Shown here: positions 28,680 through 41,879 of the stretch, piece after piece
Layout of the letters: each line of letters begins with the position of its first letter
Numbering within the stretch: position 1 is the first letter of the stretch
From: Octopus sinensis
Taxonomy: Eukaryota
DNA length: 64,000 bases
Direction of reading: 5' to 3'
Assembly: GCF_006345805.1 (NCBI RefSeq)
Contig: NC_043002.1
Coordinates: 106,268,001 to 106,332,000, forward strand
The notes under the pieces: model-generated
What the model was told of the DNA's origin: nothing
Databases searched by the model: none
Seen by the model: the letters and a program-made list of their open reading frames with translations, nothing else
Made by a program: the position numbers and the translations under genes

Positions 28680-29434
28680 CCTTTCTACTATAGGCACAAG
28701 GCCTGAAATTTGAGGGAAGGTAGATAGTCGATTACATCAACCCCAGTACTTGACTGGTACTTAATTTATCGTCCCGAAAGAATGAAAGGTAAAGTCGATC
28801 TTGGCGGAATTTGAACTCAGAACGTAAAGACGGACGAAATGCCGTTAAGCGTTTTGTCAAAGTGGATGTGAGAATCGCGCAGAAAAGAAATACAAGCGTC
28901 GCCGCGGTAAAGTCTGTTTGTACGTTCATTGGCTTTTTTGTCATAAATACCAATACGGAGTAATGGAGAATTGGTATGACCATGTGTGTATTATGATTTT
29001 CAGACATACAGAGTAAATCGGACATCGTAGATCGGAGATTATTGTATTGAACAAGAAAGAAAATACTGTCAGATCATTGACGTAGCCATGCCGAATGACA
29101 TAAATATTGCGAATAAAGAGATTGAAATACTCGTCAAGGACCCCAAACTGAAAGTAGAGATGTAAAGATATGAGAGGGAGATGTAAAAGTGATATCAGTT
29201 GTAATCAGGGCATTAGGCTCAATCCGACAGAATCTTAAAGTTATCTCAAGTACCTCATGAAGAGAAAGTTGAGGTGAAGGAAACGGAGAAACTTCTCTCT
29301 TGTGAATGTTATGAAAGATGGGCAAGAGTTTGTGGAACTAGTACGGCCAAACGGACTGTTTCTTGTTTGCTGTTCTTTGGCCATTTCATATTTCTACAAA
29401 CCACAACATCTTAGGTGCGTGTGGCCCATAGACT

Positions 29435-29470
<36 letters not shown>

Positions 29471-29489
29471 AGGGATCATACTCTTCCTC

Positions 29490-30055
29490 ATCATTATTGA
29501 GTGAGAGAGCGGCACATGTCATCAAAGAGAGGCTGGGTTACAAACATGCGAAGCCCAGTATACCCCTCATGACTATCCATCTGATAAGGGCACACCAGAC
29601 ACATGAATCACAACCATATGTGCGCGACATGGTGATCGCATATCAAAATAAACAGCGCATGGCCTTGCAGGTGCGGCCCACTTAGAATTTTCTTCAGGTT
29701 GAGTAGCGCATCTCGTTCAAAATGTCCCAGAATAAAGGTTCTTTTAGGATGATGAACAAAATACCCATGCTTCCAGGAGTGAATTTTTCAAACCCCAAAG
29801 AATTCCTCTCAAGACATAGTTATGATGATCCCCCACTACTTTTATTCGTGATCAGAGATGCACTTATCGTCAGCCACTAAGGGACATGCTCAACAAGTTA
29901 AGGTCAAACAACTGACAAGCAAATCTGTGATATTGAGCAGAATATTTGCTGTAGCCCATCTTTTATATCAAGACAAAACAACGTACATAATAACACTTCC
30001 AATTGGTTAAGATCAGAAGCCACGAAAGCCACTGTCTGGTACTGCATCAGGGCAT
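29490..30055 (+). repeat. Unclassified dispersed repeat of about 560 bp (second, 3'-truncated copy 24305-24770)
   Basis: The two copies align (gaagcccagtatacccctcatgact...aagcaaatctgtg...gcccatctt); no ORF, TIR or Pol III box seen. Confidence 0.8.
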
Positions 30056-30312
30056 ATATTATTATTGTTGTTGTTGTTGTTGTTAGGGCTGTAAACTTGC
30101 AGAATCGTTAGCACGCCGGGCCAAAATGCTTAGCGGCATTTCGTCTGTCTATATATTCTAAGTTCAAATCCTACCGGAGACGACTTTTGTCTTTCATCCT
30201 TTCGGGGTCGATAGAACAAGTACCAGTTGAGTATTGGAGGTCGATGTAAATTACTTACTTGTCCTCAAAATTTCAGGCCTTGTACCTTTAGTAGAAAGGA
30301 TTATTATTATTA

Positions 30313-30346
<34 letters not shown>

Positions 30347-30944
30347 CACCATCATCATCATTATCATTAAGTCGGTGAGCTGGCAGAATCGTTAGCACGC
30401 CGGGCAAAATGTTTAGTGGTATTTCGTCCGTCTTTACGTTCTGAGTTCAAACTCCTCTGACGTCGACTTTGCGTTTCATCAATTTGAGGTCGATAAAATA
30501 AGTACCAGTTGAACACTGCTGTCAATGTAATCGACATAGTAACGCCCCTAAAACTGCTGGCCTTGCGCCAAAATTATTATTATTATTTGGATTACTCTTT
30601 TACTCTTTTACATGTTTCAGTCATTTACCTGCGGCCATGCTGGAGCACCGCCTTTAGTACTTATTCTATCGGTCTCTTTTTGCCGAACCGCTAAGTGACG
30701 GGGACGTAAACACACCAGCATCGGTTGTCAAGCAATGCTAGGGGGACAAACACAGACAAACAAACACACACACACACACACATATATATATACATATATA
30801 CGATGGGCTTCTTTCAGTTTCCGTCTACCAAATCCACTCACAAGGCATTGGTCGGCCCGGGGTTATAGTAGAAGACACTTGCCCAAGATGCCACGCAGTG
30901 GGACTGAACCCGGAACCATGTGGTTGGGACTCCTGCGCCTATTA

Positions 30945-30981
<37 letters not shown>

Positions 30982-31479
30982 GTAGTTTCCATGCTGATAT
31001 GGAAGTCACTAGGAACCGAAGCTTAAATTTAACTCATTCACGGCATCCGAGGTTCTAATCCCGGTTGTAGCGCCTCTACAGGGTAGTTAGTCTTAATTAG
31101 ATTTTTGACATGTCCGAAATATATCAACATCTATCACTTTGAAAATTACTGATGCGGTTTATTCATCTACGCAACCATCATAAGCAACACCATTCCCTCA
31201 AGAACCATCACCACCACCATCATCAGCAGCAGCAGCAGAATCCCACTGACAACGCCATCACCACCACGCCATAATAATCATCATCATCATCATCATCGTC
31301 GTCGTCGATATCATCATACCTTGATTAACCTTTAAAAAATTTTAATATTTGCTATGAGGTTTCCTGTGTTATTCGATCCAGCATCCGTGAAGTTTCATAT
31401 TGGAAAAAAACTCTTCCACAGCGCTTCTCGTTATTCCAATATACACTACTCAACGTCACCTTATACGTGTGTGTATACT

Positions 31480-31515
<36 letters not shown>

Positions 31516-31614
31516 AGTACATATGTGTATATATAAATAAACGGACACAATGAAACGTTTAGGTATGTATATATGTATATATAGATATATACACACACAC
31601 GTGCGCACGCAGTC

Positions 31615-31675
<61 letters not shown>

Positions 31676-31854
31676 CATATATATGATACATACATACATG
31701 GATGCAAGCTTATTGTATTACACACAAAGACACACACACACACACACACCACACACTATATATATACATACATATATATATACGTAATCTATTTATTATG
31801 TGTATGAATATATGCACAGTGTGCCTACATATGTACGTATACATATATACTATA

Positions 31855-31885
<31 letters not shown>

Positions 31886-32286
31886 ATATGTACATATATA
31901 CATATATATATACATACAAGCGTATATATATTTATATATACACACATATACATATATACACAAGCACATGTATATACATATGTATATATATATATATATA
32001 CATACATATATACACAAGCACATGTATATACATATGTATATATATATATATATATATATACATACATATATATACTATATATATATACACATAAATATAC
32101 ATATATATACATACATATATATATATATATATATACATACATACACACATATATATATACATACATACACACACATATATATACTATATATATATATATA
32201 CATAAACATATGAGCTGGTTTACGTTTTTTGTTGCCTCCTTTCATTCGTTTATATATTTTTGTATTTGGTTTTAAACATATCTCTC

Positions 32287-32572
32287 TTTATTTTAATTGC
32301 CATTTTCTTTAGCCACAGTTTGAATATTTCATATTATTATTTTATCATTTGTGTTTTTGGTTCATCTTGGTTTTTTTCAAGATTTGTTCTTCAGTTGTAA
32401 TGCATATGGAATTGGTAATGTGTTCTTGTTGAGACAAAAGTTACCATTGAAGCATTTGTATTTTTTTTGTCTAAAATTTATAAAAAAAACTACACACATC
32501 TCAGCGTCCATTTTGTTCTTGTGATAATAAAATGGCGTCCATTGTCTTTTGATTCTGTGCGCGTTTTAATCT
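32287..32572 (-). promoter_or_regulatory. Probable SMOC 3' UTR with candidate AATAAA poly(A) signal at 32292-32287
   Basis: Unique AT-rich sequence after the stop. Plus-strand tttatt at 32287-32292 reads AATAAA on the coding strand. The true UTR end is unknown. Confidence 0.45.
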
Positions 32573-32649
32573 TTAGTCATCTATTAGGTATTTTCTGAGC
32601 GGGTTTTCACCACGTCTGTGGCTGTGGACAGTCATGCTGTGGTAATTAC
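32573..32649 (-). CDS. SMOC: SMOC-family gene, terminal coding exon
   Basis: Acceptor ctaatttcag|, phase 1 matching the previous donor. Translates (R)NYHSMTVHSHRRGENPLRKYLIDD*, with TAA at 32575-32573, followed by non-repetitive AT-rich sequence. Confidence 0.8.
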
Positions 32650-32759
32650 CTGAAATTAGACATTTAAGATTAGATTTTATTACAATGATAATAATAGCAA
32701 AAGTAGTGACATCAACGACAAAAAGAACGTCGACCAACAACAATGATATTAACTATCCA

Positions 32760-33400
32760 ATGCGACCATTTTATTGTGGCTAGAAAACCTGATATCGATG
32801 CCGTAGAAAAGACGAAGCAATTATTGCGGATACTGCTTCACCGTGGGACTACTGGGTGAATGAGGAAGGAAGTGAGACAGTGAAGAAATATCAAGAGATG
32901 AAGAGAGAAATTAGAGAGCTATGGAGAACCGGGTCCGTAGAAGTGGTACCGGTTGTGAAAGGAGCACTGACCGCAGTTAGTAAAAGGTTGGATGCATTGC
33001 TTGAGAAGCGAGGAATTGCAATCAGGACAGGACTGTTGCGGAAAACAGCCTTGTTAGGAACAGCAAGGATTGTAAGGAGGGTGGTAGAATGTCGAAGGAG
33101 AAGGAATGATCCAAAGACTTTTGGTCATTGAATACGATTCGCTCTTTTGGTATAGTGTCAGTATAACACCAGCCAAAACAAAAGCGTCACGGAAATAAAA
33201 AGAAACAAAAAAAAAAACATTGAGTCACAGAGGTTATGGATAGTGTGGGTAAGATGTATCCCTGTAGTTATAAGTGCATTAGGAACTGTCCCAAAAGATT
33301 TTGAATAGATAGATAGAGGAAATGCAATCAGTATAAAACCCAGTTTAGTGCAGCTCCAGAAAACATCTAAAGTCACCCGATGTTAGGAATTTTTCATTGC
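32760..33400 (+). mobile_element. Two RLE LINE 3' fragments in the last SMOC intron
   Basis: RKPDI..., KKYQEMKREIRELW...VVPVVKGAL...LRKTALLGTARIVRRV; second fragment RLW...IPVVISALGTVPK. Confidence 0.75.
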
Positions 33401-33646
33401 CAACAGTCTAATCTGTTGTGGGTATGTGATGATGATGATGATGATGACGATGATGATAATAATCCTTTCCACAACAGGGATAAGGCCTGAAATTTTTGGG
33501 AGAGAGATAGTCGATTATATCGACCCCAGTACTCAACTGGTACTTAATTTATCGACCCCGAAAGAATAAAAGGCAAAGTCGACCTCAGCGGAATTTGAAC
33601 TCAGAACGTCAAGGCGGATGAAATATCGCTAAGCACTGATGAGAAT

Positions 33647-33786
33647 GAAGAAGAAGAAGAAGAAGAAGAAGAAGAAGAAGAAGAAGAAGAAGAAGAAGAA
33701 GAAGAAGAAGAAGAAGAAGAAGAAGAAGAAGAAGAAGAAGAAGAAGAAGAAGAAGAAGAAGAAGAAGAAGAAGAAGAAGAAGAAGA
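33647..33786. repeat. Pure (GAA)n tract of about 46 units, 13 nt into SMOC intron
   Basis: Uninterrupted aag repeats directly after the donor at 33799. Confidence 0.95.
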
Positions 33787-33799
33787 ACGCTATACTTAC

Positions 33800-33956
33800 G
33801 ATTTACTCCCATACAATCGATGAATTCCGCTAATGTTATTATCTTGTCCTGGTCTTCATCACAGTAGCGCAAGAAATTACGTCCGCATTTGCGAGATTTT
33901 TTCTTCCGTTTGCGTAAGTCTTTTTTAAATTTTCTGAGTTCTTTCCGTTCCAAAAA
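33800..33956 (-). CDS. SMOC: SMOC-family gene, exon encoding EC domain EF-hand 1 end, basic cluster and EF-hand 2
   Basis: Acceptor ccctgaag| and donor |gtaagt; 157 nt, phase 0/1. Translates FLERKELRKFKKDLRKRKKKSRKCGRNFLRYCDEDQDKIITLAEFIDCMGVN(R): SPARC-type C...YCDxDxDxxIxxxE...C. Confidence 0.93.
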
Positions 33957-34320
33957 CTTCAGGGACAATTTTCGGAAGACAGGAAAAAACAAATCGAAAG
34001 GAAAATTAAATTAAGATGTGTACAGAAATATGATAGAAAACTCCGAATTATTAATATTAATTATTAGGCGTAGACATGGTTGTGTAGTCCAGAAGCTCGC
34101 TTTACAACCAAGTGGTTTCAGGTACAGTCCCGTTGTACGGCACCTTGTATTATAGCGTGGGGCCGACTAATGCCTTGTGGGTGAATTTGGTAAAACTGCA
34201 TATATATATATGTGCGTGTGTGTATCACATGAAATAGTTTTTGTGTTTGTCCCCAGCAAGTCACTAGACAACTTAACAGTTCGGCAAAAGTGGTCGATAG
34301 AATAAGTAAAAAATGTTTTT

Positions 34321-34555
34321 AATGCGCCCTTTTAAAGCCTAGCCAGGCTCATGGGCCCAGTTTCCCGGTTTCAATGGCGTATGTGTTCCCCAGCTGGACG
34401 GGACGCCAGTTCATCGCAGCGTTATTCATTTTTGCCAGCTGAGTGAACTGGAGCAACGTGAAATGAAGTGTTTTGCTCAAGGCCACAACGCGTTGCCCGG
34501 TCCAGGAATCGAAACTAGTCTTACGATCATGATGTTTACACCCTAACTACTAAGC
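34321..34555 (-). mobile_element. tRNA-derived SINE, head H2 + tail T2
   Basis: ...cagctggcaaaaatgaataacgctgcgatgaactggcgtcccgtccag...gcctggctaggc. Confidence 0.8.
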
Positions 34556-36457
34556 CCCCCCCCCAGACTTTTAAAAATATGTACTGAAGTCGATTAGTTC
34601 AACAAAATACCTCCAATGACTGCCACAAGTAAAAATTAAAGATCAGTAAAGATTTTATATTCATACAAGTTGTACGTCTATCCTTGTTTATCACAGGAGG
34701 AGAAGGTTGGTTCTATAAAAACCCCGTGATAAATAAGTAATTTCAATGCACTTTGCAAATGGAACGAAGAGTAGATTCATTGACACTAAATTCGCGGCTC
34801 ACAGCAGCGAAGTTTCTACCATCAAGTATTTTCTTGATTATTTCTACTTTTTACAGTAGAAAATACACTCTTTAACGTCGTTTGTTAGGGTCAGACACCT
34901 TTGTATTTTGTCTGTTCACTGATCCCATTCTGATGGATTCAAATACGTAAATCCGTATTAAAAAAAGCACAGACTTGCACAGTCATGTAAACATAAGCGA
35001 TAGTAAGGGCATTCTGGATAGTTGAGTATTGTAGATGGTGCTTGGGGCATGTTTTGCGGTACAAATAGAATGTTTTGACCGATCACCAACCCCTATTAAA
35101 ACTGGTGAATCTGTGTTAAGCGTAACAAGATTCAAAATAGATCGTACCGTGTTATCTTGGGTCAGTGATGAACGAATCAGTAAAAAACAAGGCTACATGT
35201 AGAAGCACTTAGTGAGTGACAGACCTAAGTTACATCTTGTTTATCACTCTCAAGTACTCCCTGGGTCCGTTAGTAGAGCCAGGCGTTCAGTCATGGCATC
35301 AACTGTATTAATCTCACCTTTCTGGAAGACCTTGACTCACAGACAGTAAGCCTTAATATCAACCCCATGAACTGCGCCTGTCTAGGTGAGCCTGAAAAAT
35401 TCTTAGGAGCTGATTTCTCCCTGCATGGTTTATTTAAAAGATAAACCTTGATGGATACGGGGATTACATAGAAGTTCGAAACTTGTCAAGAGAAAGTATA
35501 TTGTGAAATATCGAGAACAAAGTAAAAAACAGTAATAACGAAGCGAAAGAAAGTGAGAGATGAGAAGAGAGAGAGAGAGAAAGAGGGGGAAGAGAGAGAG
35601 AGAGTGTGTGTGTGTGTGTGTGTGTGTAAGGAAAGACAGAATAATTTTTTTTCTTTTCTCTTTTTGGCACTCCGTCGCTTACGACGACGAGGGTTCCATT
35701 TCATCCGATCAATGGAACAGCCTGCTTGTGAACTTAACGTGCAAGTGGCTGAGCACTCCACAGACACGTGTGCCCTTAACGTAGTTCTCGGGGATATTCA
35801 GCATGACACAGAGTGTGACAAGGCTGGCCCTTTGAAATACAGACACAACAGAAACAGGAAGAAAGATTGAGAGAAAGTTGTGGTGAAAGAGTACAGCAGG
35901 GATCACCACCATCCCCTGCCGGAGCCTCGTGGAGCTTTAGGTGTTTTCGCTCAATAAACACTCACAACGCCCGGTCTGGGAATCGAAACCGCGATCCTAT
36001 GACCGCGAGTCCGCTGACCTAACCACTGGGCCATTGCGTCTCCACGACAGAATAATTAAAGATTTCGGATCGTAGCAATATATTCCAGAGCTCGATCTCA
36101 CTTCACGGCACTTTGTACGAATGTCATCTACCATGATACCATCTTTGAGAACGAAACGGCGTTGACATTAACTGTAAAGGTTATCAGTGACCATTTCTGT
36201 TCTTGAACGAGAGAATTAATCGAAGCATCACGTAATAGCCAAGGCCTTTCGTTCAGTACACTGTTGCAAGCATTCGGCCGAGCTTTCCGGTAATCCTGAG
36301 GCGCTGCTTCTTCAGTGTTAATAAGCCATGAGAGTGGTGAGTGTTTCCTCTCTCCACAAATAATGTCAACGACGCCGCCAGTCCTCATTTGCATAAACTA
36401 TACAGAGTGTGCGGGGGAGAGTAAGAGTGAGAGAGAAAGAAAGAACGAGTGACTTAC

Positions 36458-36548
36458 TCCATTTTGGTTCCTGTCCAGCTGATTCATTTTCCATTTGACC
36501 ACATTGTCAGGCTTTACAGTGGTCAGTGTTATTTCCGGCGCCGTGTGA
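36458..36548 (-). CDS. SMOC: SMOC-family gene, exon encoding the first half of EF-hand 1
   Basis: Acceptor caacttgcag| and donor |gtaagt; 91 nt, phase 2/0. Translates HTAPEITLTTVKPDNVVKWKMNQLDRNQNG, similar to the SMOC VxWxFxQLDxN motif. Confidence 0.9.
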
Positions 36549-37117
36549 CTGCAAGTTGAACAAGATAAGCTTGATGACATAGAGATTATAACACACACAC
36601 ACATACACATAGTAGCCACTCAGTGGCTACTACTAACTCGCAGGCCCCACAGACAGATAGGATGCGATTGAAGCCGAGAATTTGAGTTTACCGAGACAAT
36701 ATTCACATATCGCCCGAGGAAGCATAACTAAATCCCTTAATACAGAGAAACGGTTACATGACCAAATGCCTGCAAGCCTAGAGAACTACATCGCGTGGAA
36801 ACAATTGTAGTGATTGCAAATAAATGTCCAACCGTACTCCTTCTTGTTGACTCCAACTAATTCAATTATCTATTCACACACTACAGAAGCTCAAACGCAA
36901 ATCTGGCGGAAGGTATAATAATACCGGTGATAGCAGCGGGTGATATCTGAAGGTGGATGGGTTTTATACTGTACTCTACTACGTTCTTAACGGAATATAA
37001 CATAGCTAGCTCCCCCACTCTCTCTTACTATATTTGTTCCACGTCCTCGCGTTGTTGTGTTTTTTTTTGTGCTTTCTTGTTTGGATTAACTTTATATATA
37101 TATATATATATATATAT

Positions 37118-37174
<57 letters not shown>

Positions 37175-37588
37175 CAATGTAGAGAGTCCTATCGCAAGGC
37201 GATGGATGCGCTCCGCGATTTCCTGCCGAACGGCCTCCACAGATGCGGTGTTTATAGCGATCAAATGTTTGTGCTGTACATTAACACACTGCCGCCATCA
37301 AATCGACAATGCATGGAGAGGTACCCCGGTGTGCTGCAGGTTCAAATGTCGAAGTGGTCGCAGAGCAAAGTGAAGTGAGAAAACACAGCGCACTGCCTGT
37401 TCCGGGAATCGAATCCGTTTTTAGCGATCGTGAGTCAGCATCCTAACCACTGGATCACGTGCTTTCTCTAGCATATAGACCTTCTCTCTCTCTCTCTCTC
37501 TATCTCTATATATATATATATTATATATATATATATAAACAATATATGCATTGTGTATAAAATTAACACATATACACTTATGTGTATG

Positions 37589-37623
<35 letters not shown>

Positions 37624-37846
37624 TATATATACATTCATATATATATATAATACATACATATATATATACATATATATATATACATACATATATATACATA
37701 ATATATATATACAACATATATATATATACATATAATATACATACATATATATCATATATATATATACATATATATATATATACATACATATATATACACA
37801 TACATATATATATATATATATACATACTACATATATACATACATAC

Positions 37847-37881
<35 letters not shown>

Positions 37882-38130
37882 TGTATGTATGTATGTATGT
37901 ATGTATGTATGTATAAATATACATATTTTCTTTGAGACTGGATCTCGACGGAAAAAGTCGAAAGCTGCTCATGAAACTCGAACCCACATTTCCTGTAGAC
38001 ATGACAGACGTTCTACCTTTGTACCAAAGCAATCCTTGAAATCTTTCTCTCCATTTAGAAACTTTATTTTTATGAGCGAGAACTGTATGTTGTTGATTTC
38101 ATAACAATTTGCAAACTTTCGATGTCACCA

Positions 38131-38168
<38 letters not shown>

Positions 38169-40226
38169 TTTGGGTTTGTCCCCACCATCGCTTGAAAACA
38201 GGTGTAGGTTTGTTTACGTCCCTGCAACTTAGTGGTTCGGTAAAGTAAACCGATAGAATAAGTAACAAGCTTAACAAGAAAAAGAAAAGGTGCTGGAGTC
38301 GATTTGTTCGACTAAACCATTCAACACAGTTATCCAGCATGGCTGCAGTCCAATGACTGAAACAAGTACAAAGTAAAAAATGAAGATACATGCTTATGCG
38401 TGTATGAATGTGTGTGTGTGTAAGTGTGTGTGTGCGTGCGCGCGCGTGTGTGTGTAAGTGTGTGTACACCAGATGTCAACAGAAACAGGATACAATGATT
38501 TAGGAAATATTTTCTCTAAAGAACTCATACTTTTCATAATAATTCTCCAAGATTATCCACACCCAATTCAGTGCTACAATTACCCCTAACTCAGACACAC
38601 CACTGAACCTCCACTACACTATCACCACATTTAACTACAATGCACTCAATAGCCACATATCGCCTACTGCTATCCCCACCGCCACTACCACCACCACCAC
38701 CACCACCACCACCACCATCGCAGTCACTACAACATACCCCGCTGCCACTTCCAGCAATGCTACCACACTATTTATATCGCTAGAAACCCACCACCACCAC
38801 CAACAGTAGCAACAACAACATCATGAGTGATTTATTGCCTCATTGGTTCAACTTAGCTGTGATTACCCACTTGAAACTCTTAGAAATAATACTTCCCAAC
38901 TGGAGGTAAATAAATTTACACACACATACCTAGACACACAAACACATTCGCACACATAAACATACATACATACACACATATACATGTGCATGTATATATA
39001 TATAAAAATATATGTGTATGTATGTATTGTATATCTATATATTATATAATTACTCTCACAAAGACACGTATGTATATGTGTACATATTTATGTATGTATG
39101 TAATATCATATAGCTCGTTATAGATAAAATGTTAAACAGTAAATTCATGTTTCTGCTAAAACCCAAACAATCATCAGATAATAAAAACAAAGGTTTTCTC
39201 GTTGGTGTTTATTTTCGTTCAGATATTGTGTATGAAGAAACTTCCAGTTTTCTATGTTGGGCTAAAGATGATGTAAAGGGCATAACTCATATAAATACAA
39301 GTAAACCGGGATATTTCTGCGAAAAACATAAACAATTCCATATATTACTCGAATACAAGACTGAGATATTTATCAAATGTCACCACTTTGAAAAGTACCT
39401 TCTAAAATATTAAAGTTTATAAAGTTACCGGATTAAATAGACCGTTTCTAACTTAACGCTTCATCTCTGCATTTTATAACTTCACGACCTCTACGGTTAT
39501 ACTTAACAATAAAGACATTACTTTCTGGTTAGATAGAATACACCGTGATGAATAGAATCCGGTATTTGTTTTGACACTCTGTGTTCTGAGTTCAAATCCT
39601 ACGAAGGTCGACTTTACCTTTCATCCATTCCACGGTGAAAAAAATGTACTAATCCAGGGCAGTGGATTTTAGAGAACTGTTATAGGATCGGACAAATTGT
39701 CTTCTGCTATGACACTGAAACCAAGCTATATCGACATAAACCAGCAGCCTTCCTTTCAGATAAATCATTGGTGGCATGTTGTGGGGAGATCTGCATAGAT
39801 TAAGATCTTACTCAGGCCTGCACGGACATGAGGAGGAGATGCTTGGTCAACATTGGTCGACGGAAGCCCTCCGTGAAATCATTAACTTTTACATTTATTT
39901 ATTGATTGACTTCTCCGATTTCATTGTAATCTTTTCAACTCTTTATTCATCACAGTTTTTTTATATATATATTTTTCTATTTTTTTATATTTTATTTTTT
40001 TTGTTAGTTATTATTTTTTTGCTTTCATATATTTTTACTTTCTTTTATTCTTTCCAACCTACAGGGGTAAATAACTAACGCAAGTAGTTGTATTCATCAC
40101 ATTTTTGTCCCAGAATGCAAAACCGGAAGCTGCTCTACACAAAGTCCGTTCAAAAGAGAAAACGGTTATATTTACTGCTTGTTAAGTATTTAGTATAAGT
40201 ATATGAAATTTGAATTACCGATATTT

Positions 40227-40272
<46 letters not shown>

Positions 40273-40599
40273 CTCATAACGCTTCGAACTTTACTTGGAC
40301 TATTCTAACTGGATTCTCTGCCTGGACTTTCTACTCTCCTACCCATGGATTACACTGGTCTCTTCCTTTGATGAGAAATCATTACAATACACCACGACGT
40401 TTGAACTTTTTGAACTTTTCTAAACTTTTTTGTACTTTCTGCTTTTTCCTATTGTCGTTTCTCTCAATCCGCAATTGTTACCTTGCCTCTCTCTCCCGCT
40501 CTTTTGTCTTCTCTTCTCCCTTTCTTCCCCTTTCCCTTTGTTTATCTCCCCTTCTTCCTAGTTCTCCTGTGTGACCCCTCTGTCCGGCAGTCGCCATGA

Positions 40600-40800
40600 T
40601 AGATCGCTAGCCACTAAATCGTTTTTATTTTCTCTCCTTGTTTATTTCTGTATTCCTTTCTGTCGAAGAGCGTTGGCTCGAAACGTAAAAGACTTTCTCA
40701 CTTCCCGAGCGTTAAACTAATACATCTGTTTGTTGTTTACACACCCGTCTTCGGCTTTTGTATTTTTTGTAAATTCTCACTATATATATATATATATATA
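40600..40800 (+). mobile_element. Penelope-like terminal repeat fragment with variant HHR motif (40656-40691)
   Basis: CUUU-CUGUCGA-A-GAGC-GUUG-GCUC-GAAA-C-GUA-AAAG; ends in (TA)n; homologous to 47765-47915 and 51050-51195. Confidence 0.6.
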
Positions 40801-40927
40801 TATAAATTCTCACTATATGTATACACACACACACATTTATATGTATGTATATATATGCACACAAGCGTACCTATATTGTGTCAAATATCCATAGATAAAT
40901 GCATGGATCTCTGCTAATAATACTCAC

Positions 40928-41021
40928 CCATGGTCGGTATTGTTCGACTCCGCTTTCATTTCAGATCGCATTTCACCCATCAAATCAACCAAGAATCTTC
41001 TTTTCTGCGATCGCGGACAGC
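40928..41021 (-). CDS. SMOC: SMOC-family gene, exon encoding the start of the EC domain
   Basis: Acceptor gaatgtag| and donor |gtgagt; 94 nt, phase 1/2, matching both neighbours. Translates (G)CPRSQKRRFLVDLMGEMRSEMKAESNNTDH(G), like the GCPxxKKxxFxxxL motif after SMOC TY2. Not in the ORF track. Confidence 0.9.
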
Positions 41022-41569
41022 CTACATTCAGAGAAAAGTATTATAGTAAGTGAAGGTCGAAGAAGTCGAGCAAACATACATACATAAAAAAAAACAGTCT
41101 GCTCGTGAAATGAACGTGCATTTGTTGAGCACTCCACAGATACGCGTACATTCAACGTAGTTTCAAAAAAGACCGTCGCACCCCAAGGGGGTCAAGACTA
41201 TATTGAGGGCTTGCAGTTGGCAGGTGGATGTCTCCGGGATCGTTCGACAGGATGCCCGTGTGTGACACAATGTGGCAAGGCTGGCCCCTTTGAATTACAG
41301 GTACAACTCATTCATGCCAGCTGAGTAGAATGGAGCACTGAAATAAAGTGTCTTGCTTAAGGACACAACGCGGCGCCGAGTATTGCACTCACGACCTAAC
41401 GATTGAGAGCCGAATAGCCTAATTACAAAGCCACGCACCTTCACATACATACATACATACATACTTCCATACATACATACATACAGTCAGAGACAAGACA
41501 TCACGCATGAGATTAGCAGCTGTCCTAAAATGTCGCCACGGTACGACCTCCCTTCGCGGCACGAATGTG

Positions 41570-41637
<68 letters not shown>

Positions 41638-41661
41638 ATTTATATATATATATATACATAC

Positions 41662-41714
<53 letters not shown>

Positions 41715-41716
<2 letters not shown>

Positions 41717-41860
41717 GTTAATCCAAACATGAAAACACAACAACGCGAGGACGTGGAACAAGTATAGTATTATTGGACGCTCAGGAAAGAAGGCAAGAAG
41801 AAGGGCTTAACGTTTCGAGCGGAGCTCTTTGTCAGAAACATAGGAAAAGGAAAAATCCAA
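41715..41860 (-). mobile_element. Penelope-like terminal fragment with mutated HHR motif (41805-41839)
   Basis: GUUU-CUGACAA-A-GAGC-UCC-GCUC-GAAA-C-GUU-AAGC (G8 to A). Its tail also occurs at 37030-37095 on the plus strand. Confidence 0.5.
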
Positions 41861-41879
41861 ACAAGGGAAGACGCGCGCG

